The notes below the pieces were generated by a model. That model was not told where the DNA came from and searched no databases. It was given only the letters and a program-made list of their open reading frames with translations. This document shows positions 51,974 through 64,000 of a DNA stretch of 64,000 nucleotides, in pieces. The translations under genes were made by a program, and so were the position numbers. Every line of letters begins with the position of its first letter. The first letter of the stretch is position 1. The stretch comes from the human T2T-CHM13v2.0 reference genome, Homo sapiens. The stretch lies in assembly GCF_009914755.1 (NCBI RefSeq), contig NC_060926.1. One strand, given 5' to 3'.

Positions 51974-54314
51974 GTAAGCAGTTCTTCTTCCCTGTCCTAA
52001 TGTACACATTTTCAAGGAGAGAAAGCAGTTGAATATGCTTGAAATATAAAGTAAGCTTAACCTAGTGAATTAAAGATGTTCCAATAGTAATACAGGATAT
52101 TTATCATCTTGGTCTTCAATTTAAAATGTTTAATTATTACCATCACAACAAATGGAATGAATTAGAAACTGTGATTCAATTTTGGAATTTCCTACTAAGA
52201 AAGTCTTGAAAAGTAAAAAGGATTCTTCTGTATATGTCTTGCTGTTGTTAGCATGGTTTAAAGATACCACCTCCTAAAAGGTGAAGGTGGAACTGATGGG
52301 TTCTCAGTAAGCATCTGTCCCTGCTGTTCTGAGACACAGGAGTAATCCGAATCCTTTCCCACCTGTATCTTCATAGGTCTGACTCCAACCCCCAGATCCA
52401 GCTTGCGGTCCATGCTATTGTTTATTAAAGGCGACCCAGAGAGTCTCTCAACATCTCAGACATGGCAGTTTACTGAACATGTCATTCAGAGTATTTACAA
52501 GTTTTTTGTTTGGCAGGCCACAGATCTGGATTTCTCATGTCAGTGCTTTACAAGATAAACAGCTTCTTTTAACTCTTTTCCATTTTCTAGTCAAACCTTC
52601 CAGGAGAAACATCAGATTGTTTGCACATTTCATTGACCCGTCTCAGCCACGCGTCCTATGAATGGGAGCATTTCATTAGCAAAGAGGCCTAACACACTGA
52701 AGGGCTCTAGTTATTGATGTTCACGCGAACCAGCAAAGAGCAGCTGGATGCCAATGAGAAACTCAGTTGGGCAGGAACCACCTCTTGACAAAACAGTTAA
52801 AGTGTAAAAGTAGACAAGAGCTGTTCTCTCCCATTTGTTTCTTACTGGTTTGATTGTTCTTTCGGTTGAGCTCAGTCTTCCCACATCTCTCAGACCTCTC
52901 CTTTCCCAATGAGGATGAAGGCTCTTCCTGTTCCACAGTGTAGCTTTAGAATTTTGGTCAAAAGGAGAGTTGCTCTTCATGTTCCCAGGGTAACTCACAG
53001 TTTAACCATTTGGAATGAGAACACTAGCTTTTAACTGGAAATAAAATTTGGTATAAAACGGTCATACCTTAGGTTTAAAAGCCTTAAAACTAACAAATAG
53101 CCTAATTATGTAAGTGAATGATTATGCACCTCAATCCCTCTAGGATAACTAAATATGGAGAAGAGTTCATTGAGACTTGGAAGGTATGAATCCTTTTAAT
53201 TAGTTTATTCTCCCAAATCCTAAAAAGAAATCATATTGCAGAGCATGTAATCATTTTAATGAACATGAAATATATAATCCAAGCCATCTTGGTACTTCAG
53301 GTCATTGCCATGCAAATACAGTATTACAAAGCTTGGAGTGAACTGAAGTCATCTAAGCACTTTCTTTTAAAAGCATAAATTACAGGCATTAAAAAGCTAA
53401 AGGATGTGAATAGACATAGGGCTAGATCGTCAATATTCATCAATTTTATTTTCATTGTAAGTCTTTACTATATAATAACTCCCCAAGCCCTCCCCTGAGC
53501 TATTAGCCTCCCTCTCCTTCTCCCTCTCCTTCTGCACATCTATCTTCCGTTTTCATGCCATTTACTGCTGCTAGAATAACACAGAGATGGGAGAGCAGAG
53601 GGAGACATTATTTGCAATTCATACAATATTTTTCATTCATGAATGTCAAAGCACAATTTCTTGAAGGTTTTCTAAGATGAAAAATATTAGTATTAACCTG
53701 TGACCTTTTTGGAGGGTCTTTGGTAAATCCAAACCTCCTGCCACTAGTATTCCTATTATGGGGAATGTGTGGGGAAGTTAACTAAAGGACAGAATAAAGA
53801 CTGCAATTTTGTTGCTCCTTTGTCTGGATTTAGCTGGATAATACTTCAAATGCACACATCAGTGCTACGCAGTTTAGCTTCTTATGCTCTAATGAATTAT
53901 CAGTGACTCAACAATGTCAACATGACTAAGTTAATCAGCTGATAATAACTGGCTTATATTTATATAACACTTTAGAGCTTACACCATGCTTTTATGTCTG
54001 TATGTTATCTCACTTGATCTGAAAGAATTAGCTAGAACAGGTATTACCTTCATTTTTTAAAATAAGAAAATCAAAATTTGTAATAGTAGGTAAATCTGAA
54101 GTGACTTTGCCAAGATCAGACAGCTAGTTGGAGACAGACTGAGTCTCAACTCAGTTTTTGTAGCTCTATATTGCATTTACCAGCAATATATTATAAAATA
54201 TATATTTTAGAAACATATATGCTGAATCTGAACACTTTTAAGCAAAGTACCTACATTATTAAAGATAGTCAAGAACTCTAACCCAAGCATATGGGCATTA
54301 AAGAAACTTATTAA

Positions 54315-54680
<366 letters not shown>

Positions 54681-54722
54681 TAGCCTGTTTGAGGGATGCA
54701 TAGTTAATAAATTAACGAGCCT

Positions 54723-55014
<292 letters not shown>

Positions 55015-55286
55015 ATAATTAGCCTAAAAGACAGTGATGCATTCATTCAACTCTATTTGTTGAATCCCTAGAGCTGGGCTAGGCTCTAGGGAAGCAGGCA
55101 CAGACCCTGCTGTAACAGACCCTCACTGGGGAGAAGCAGATCCTGCTGGTGGGTGCCAGGTGCTTCGCTGGCATCATCTTCTCCTGTCTTTACCACAATC
55201 CCATCACATGCTCCAGGGGAAAGAATGTTTGTGGCAATGCTAAGTGAAGGGTTTATACTTCATTAGAAACAATCACTGATAAATAG

Positions 55287-56234
<948 letters not shown>

Positions 56235-59051
56235 TTAACATTGACTTATCGTTAGTACAAGAGTACTATTATACTCTTATAAATTAATTGCCAGATCAGA
56301 TGGGCCTGGAGGCAGCAAAAATTTACAATTTTTGATGCATCTGTGCAGTGTGCCTAAGGGAACACAGTCCAGAAGTTTCTGAAAATCAAAAAATCTTCAG
56401 AGTTGGAATGATTTGGCCTCTAAGAGGCCTCCAAAACTTTGGTCTGTATGGGACTCACCTCTACAGCATTCCAGATCCTTGCTTATTTAGACCCTGAACA
56501 AGTCCAGTGACGGAATCTTCAAAAAGCAGCTGGGAGTTCAGAATCACTCTAAATGACATTGTCACTTTTCCCTCTACTTACAGGCTTCTGAAGATTTCTG
56601 CATTCCCCTGTAAATGCCTATTTATTTTCTGCCCCCCAAATGCCTGCCAATGTTTCTAAATAACTGCCATTTCTTTCCAATTATTTTATTCCTGGATAAA
56701 TACTTGGTTCTTTCAAATTCAGTTTAACTATTTATCAGCCTTGCCTCTATACTGAATACACCCTAGTTTCAATCGCCCTAAAAAATATAGCCTCTGGAAT
56801 GAACGCCCTCCAGAAGTAAGAAGTCAATACCCCAGTGAGTGGCTAAAGGACAGAAGGGTCTACTGTCCGGAACATCACCATTTTAGGAATCAGACCTAAA
56901 ATTCCACTTGGGCCATTGGGCTGACCTACCTGTCTCCACATTGTGCCTGTAATCAACTAAAGCCCATGGGCCTTTTCCTCATGAACTGCTACTAAGTTTT
57001 CTCCATTATTTCTTGCCTAGCTTGTTGTTGCTGATGTTTATTTGGGACTTAAGTGTAGAACTTTTACATTTATCAATCTTAGACATCATCTTATTCATTT
57101 AGGCCTGTGCCCCAAGCCTGCAATCTCTCAATTCATATTCTCTCTCTCAACACCACAGCCGTCGTCCCTAGCTTTCTCTTAGCAGCGTATTAGACAAGTT
57201 GACCCCTCTGTTTACATCAAATCCTTGGAGACAGATGTTGAATAGATGAATGTGACTCAGGGATCATAACTGAGTGTCTACTCTGTACCAATGGATAGAA
57301 AAACAAAAAGCTACAGTCCCTTGCCCTAGAGGAGCCCACAATAAAGTGAGGGTGATAGACACAGAGACGGCCATTTTCACACTGTGTGGTAGGAAGAATG
57401 CAGGGGGCTGTGGGGACACAGAGGAAGGGTATTTAATCCAGACTGTAGAGGGAAGGTGTTCAGGAAAGGTCCCTCCCCAAGGAGATTGATGCCTGGCCTG
57501 AGTCTTGAAAGACGCATAGGAGTTATCCAAGAAAATAGGAAAAGCCGGGGTATGGGTCGGGTGGAGGAAAGGAGCTTTCTGAGCAAAATGACAATGGGTG
57601 TGTGTGAGTGACACACACACAACTCTATTACTGGAGCTGAGGTGGGAATGAGGACACCTTGGGAGGAGTCTGGAGGGCTAAGCAGGAGTCAGGTAACGGA
57701 GGTCTGGTTTTCTAGACTAAGAAGAGGGAGGAGGACATCACTTGCTGATCCAAGAAACACTTAACAAAGCAGCTCTTTGTGCCCAGAGTTTGCTCTCTAC
57801 CAGCTGGAATTAATCCCTTAATGAACTGCCTTTTGATGTGGCTATTCACCAAGCTTTAAATCTATCCTTGTTGCTCTATGCAGCAGCCATTTTGTCCACA
57901 AAAATATAGTAGAGAGAGCTACCATGGCACATGGCACAGCTCTCTCTACCATGTAAATTGTCAGTGTAAATACATTGACAATTCATATGTAAATACAGAA
58001 CATCTATGGTATAACTCATTTTGTCCTCTACTAACCTCATCAGTGATGCGTAATGAGGTGCTTTGCCATAGCTCATTGTTAGGAATCGCTCTTAAGTACT
58101 CTTGGTATTTGATTTCCAGAATCTAACTTTAAAAGTTTTTTTGAAAAATGACATATTTGCCCATCTTCAGTCTGTAGGTGTCTCTCATGTTCTCCATGAT
58201 TCTTTGAAAGTTGCCAATTTGATCCATGATTACATCTGAAGACCTTCCAAAGGACACTGGGATATATAAAGCTTGGTTTGGAAACATGATCTTACTTAAC
58301 TCCTCTGGTGATTTCGTGGTCATTCATAGGCTTCTATACTTACAGTTGAAAGATATTTCTTGATGGATGTCTCAACTGGCCTGGGGCCTTTAACAGCTCC
58401 CTCCTGCTGCCAGGGATAACCCTGGCAACATGCCCTTTTTCATAGTTACCTTAGCCTCAAGAGAACAGGCAGACATCAGAAGCCAGCAAGTCCTTGACCA
58501 GATGGTTCTGTTTTGTCTCTCTCCTTTTTTAACAACACTTTATCCAAGCAATCAGATGGTTCCTTCTTTGGTCTTCTTGCTCCAAAGATAGCTGGTTCAA
58601 GGCCAGTTTTATCCTTGGCACTTTTCATGACCTTCAAAGCACATTATTCTCAGGTAATAGCATTATCTCAATTCACATGGACAGTATGAAAGTAGATTTA
58701 GCATACATTTTGACAAATAGCTCTTTCCAGAAGCCCTGCTCCCTCCTCCCTCCTTCTATGGCTTTGCTTGAGCATCTCCTGGCTATAAGACCAGTTCATG
58801 TGAGCCTCACAAGAAGAGAGCACCTCGTTCCTGCTTAGATTATTGCATCCTTGTCAAATATGCCTGTCAAATACTCTCTCTTGACAACTCCTGTACACTC
58901 CCATCCCTAGACATTACTTCTCCTACCATCATGATCAAGTGTAATTTATGGCTCTGCTAGCTTAGTGAGAATGAAGCTTAGGTGCTGTAACTCAACAACG
59001 GTTTTGTTGTCTTTGCAGCAATTATAAATACAGATTATAATTTTCATTCTG

Positions 59052-59333
59052 GGCCAGGCATGGTAGCTCACTACTATAATCCCAGCACTTTGGGAGGCCG
59101 AGGTGGGCAGATCATTTGAGGTCAGGAGGTCGAGACCAGCTGGGCCAACATGGCGAAACCCTGTCTCTACTCAAAATACAAAAATTAGCCAGGTGTGGTG
59201 GTGCATGCCTATAATCCCAGCTACTTGGGAGGCTGAGGCATGACAATTACTTGAATGTGGGAAGCAGAGGTTGCAGCAAGCCAAGATCATGCCACTGCAC
59301 TCCAGTCTGGAGGACAAAACGAGACTCTTTCTC

Positions 59334-59390
<57 letters not shown>
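59052..59390 (+). mobile_element. Alu (S-type) with pure A56 tail
   Basis: Diverged sense dimer; A-run 59335-59390. Confidence 0.95.
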
Positions 59391-59394
<4 letters not shown>

Positions 59395-59721
59395 TCTGGC
59401 AGTACTGGGCTACTCCATTTAGGACACAGAATATCCAGTTGAATCCAATACTAAAACAACATACACCAACATTAGAAGGTATGTTTGCTGTTGGGCTTAA
59501 GGGAAGCTTTTATTTTACTTTTAAAACGATAGTCCTAAGGAAAGGTTCTAAGTGGCCAGAGGAGTTATAGCCTTGATTGAAAGATAAAAATGATGTCTGC
59601 TAACTTCAGCTTATTCTCACCCAACATAATATTATACCCTATTTGCATTTTTAAAAAACTGCTGTGAATTGAGTGATTTTAAAAATTTGTTTTGGTTCTG
59701 CTCCCTTTATTTGAAATATAG

Positions 59722-59871
<150 letters not shown>

Positions 59872-60484
59872 TGAAGTACAGACAGCTGGGGTTAGTACAA
59901 ATAGGACCTCAATACGAGTGAAGTAGGAAGGCTCCACTACACTATTTCAAGATTCTTTGAAATAGAGTATTTCTTCAGATCAATGGCTCTCGGTAACCTT
60001 CTTTTATTTGTGTAAAAGACTGTGATTGGAAGAGAAGTCTTACCACTTTATTAGTTCACATCAAAGAAAATATTCTCTATGTGCTGAAAAGAACTCCTAA
60101 CGTAACTAACTCTAGGCTATTAGTAAAGCTAGAGTAATAAGCTGAGAAAGTAGGTAACTATGACAACCAAGCAATATAATTCACCACATGGTAGAACAGG
60201 TTTTAATGTGACTTTGTATGTTACCGTAAATATCAAATTGGTTTCTGAACTCAAAAAGTGGACTCTTAGGGACCCTTCCCCTTCAATGTTAAAATACAAG
60301 TTCTTAATGCCTACTTCTGGAATATATTTCTTTACAGACTCATTAAGCATGACCTACTGGGTCCCAGTGACATGCCAAAACCTATGTGAACAAAATGAAA
60401 TTGTAGCCCTTGTGACAGAACCCATAGGACAGAGCCTCCAGGCACACTTCTAGTATTTGTCCTTAGAGTCAATCATCAACCTGA

Positions 60485-60619
<135 letters not shown>

Positions 60620-60668
60620 TAAACGTCCTTACTATTGCTGTCAATGAAGAAAGGTAACACATCCGTGA

Positions 60669-60929
<261 letters not shown>

Positions 60930-61508
60930 TGAACATGATAGTGGTTTTCACAATCAGTCTTAGGATTGAGCTCATTTTACCCTTGACCAGCAAATAAAAG
61001 ACCTTGGAATCTATTGAAAGCAGTTGTTCATAGTATAACTTGAACAAATACACTTTAGGGCAGCATGTTTTTTTTATTATTTTTTATTAAGGTAAAGGTA
61101 TGTCTATCTCCTCTGACAACTGTCAGTCTCGGGGCTCTATTTCTAAATGATTGTCTGAATATACCTGAGTTCTGTGAATTTATACTTTTCTAACATTTGG
61201 TACAGCAAAGTATTAGGAAAAAATGATTTAGAAATCTTTTCAAAATACTGGTGTTTGGAAATTGAACTAACCCCTCTACATATGCACAGCATATCGTAAT
61301 AGGCTTCTGAATGGAATGATTATGCCTTAAGTTTGTCTGAATCACCTGGGAGATAAAGATATTACTTATTTGTTTGATCAATTCAGGGACATAGTGAATT
61401 CTGGAAGAACATAAATAAAAATTGCAGCACAATTTTAAACTGCTGCATTTAGTATCCTCATAGTTCATTTTCGAGAGTCTTATTTTCTGGGAAGTGGGGC
61501 TAACAAGT

Positions 61509-61838
<330 letters not shown>

Positions 61839-62198
61839 TGACTATATGAGTTATCTAGGCCTTTGAGTTTATGTTGTTCAGATCAGACCAAAGGCCAAGG
61901 ATCAAATGTTCATTTGGAAGATGAGAATCAAGAATTATTGGAACACAGTATTTTTCCGACCTCTTAGCTGGTCAGATGGGCTCCAAACTGATGCACAGTT
62001 TAGCCTGAGGACAAATAGAACTAATAAGTCCTATGGGTGTTCTTTCAAAAAGGCCAATACCTGTTTTTAATAACTTATAGGAGTTGTTAGTTAATAATTA
62101 TTTATAGGAGCAGTACATAAGTATGTAGCTAGAAAAATATTACCTTGGTATGAGTAGAAGAGCAACTTAGTATCCTTTTTTAAGAAAGCCATCTTTTA

Positions 62199-62411
<213 letters not shown>

Positions 62412-64000
62412 TTAAGTATAGTGTTTTATTCTGAACATATGCTGTATGTGTCAGTTTGATACCTGGATCAACATCTACCTTCTGCAGATGTTTCAAAGCA
62501 CTCTTCTGGAAACTACCTCGATATCCAAATCTTCTATTTTTAGGATTGCTGACTTTGTTAAAGCAAGAAAAAATTCTAAATGTGCTTTCTGAATTTACTG
62601 ACATATATCATGCTCAGATCTACTATATTAAAATGGTAAAGACTATAGACTTAAATTTTTAAAAATTCAAATATGATGTTAATATAATACTAATTGCATA
62701 ACTACATGTGATTTAATATTGTCATAGGTGCACAGTAGAGTGCTATTAATCATTCAACTTTCCTTAAAGTGTGGTTTTTGAAGTGATAAACCATTCTTAT
62801 TAAGAATTCTATTAATTTAAAAATTTTAATGACCAAGGCTTTAATGCCCTAAGAATGGGGCAACAGCAAGAGCAAGGGCACTGCAATATAAATTTTGTAG
62901 AGAACTAATTAGCAAGTAGACAGTTCAATGCTATGGAGGCCTCACAAGAATGACAAAGGGATCTAAGAGTCAAACTGCACTGGCATAAACTGATAGCCCT
63001 GGCCCCTTTCTTGGAGATACAGAAATGCATTGGATATCACACATTTGTATAAAAGCTCACTTCCAGTTCCTGCCCTGCTCAGCTAATCACTTCCCAATTC
63101 CTGTGCAGAGATGAGGAGACATCTTTTGTTTGGGGCCAACTATAGCTCCCTCTGAATGAGGGCAGGGGTTAGGAAAAGAGAAAAATGTGTCTCCCCAATA
63201 TATTAAAACCATGGCAACTTGGATTTTTCAAGTAAGACATCAGACCGGAGAATTTGGATGTGGCCTATTTTTAATTTCAAAAAACCACTCCAGGTCCCTG
63301 GAGGAGACAAGAGTGGGCAGAATTCAGAGAAAATTGAAAAAATGCATAATATTGGGGCTTTTACAAATTTCTGAGGAAAGTCCTGACTTCCGAGTCAGGA
63401 CTAAACTGTGACCCTGCCTGACTCCCAGGGGCACGGATGTCCCAGGGGCAACAAAACTAATTCCTGTGATGATGTAGGCCCAAAGTCTAACCATCGCTGT
63501 TTTCTCTGTGATTCCTTAGGACCCTAGAGAACCATGGCCCAAGTCTGGTTGGGGAGGGAGTCAGCGTACAGTGGCAGCAGAAATGGATGGGAGTGAGGAA
63601 GTGGTAGCCAATGCCAATACCATAAATAATAGCCGTTCAATGAAAGAAAGGAGAAGGAAGTTAAAGAGGAATGGAAGAGAGGATAGCTCACTGGTTCTCA
63701 TCTAGAACACGACAAGTGTGGATTAGCCTTGTCCAAATCCATACTCCAAAGTATAGAAAGTTTTTCTCCACAGAGAGAAAAATGTACAGAAACGATTTAC
63801 TTTGTTTTTAACTCATATAAATAAACTAACCCTTATTACAGTGAAAAAAAAAGCCTTCTCTTCTTACTTGACTTACAAATTGATCAAAACTTCCTTGAAG
63901 TTTGAACCTTTAAAAAGAGCTTTCAATGTTTTCTGCAATTGTTTATTGTAGACAATGTTGCAATAATTTGTGAATTTATCAAAACCATAAGTAATTTTTG

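Noticed and set aside
58933-58943. gatcaagtgta matching U2 nt 25-35
   Set aside because: Only 11 nt with no TSD or extended homology; compatible with chance.
59251-59570. Poly-lysine ORFs
   Set aside because: Translation of the Alu A56 tail.

Overview
Human (hominid) genomic DNA lying entirely inside COL4A3, the collagen type IV alpha-3 chain gene, on the + strand. I mapped 44 consecutive coding exons by hand; by my recollection of the reference numbering they are exons 4-47. All have GT-AG boundaries, and they join into one open 4018-nt Gly-X-Y frame (about residues 79-1418). The promoter, exons 1-3 and the NC1/tumstatin exons lie outside the window. The introns hold about 25 Alu copies or fragments, L1/L2/MIR remnants, MaLR LTRs, DNA-transposon fossils and microsatellites. 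I found no new gene system. Most notable smaller signals: a tailless U2 snRNA retrocopy with an 18-bp TSD and 6-nt priming microhomology; an Alu inserted into the exon-35 acceptor region that, with an inverted partner, brackets an exon 35-36 unit able to circularise into a stop-free Gly-X-Y frame; a TTAA-flanked piggyBac MER75B-like element; a twin-primed inverted L1; a very young AluY copy; non-reference coding alleles (Leu574); and an excess of AAG acceptors. Repeat family names, exon numbers and variant names come from memory, not a database search; repeat boundaries are approximate.
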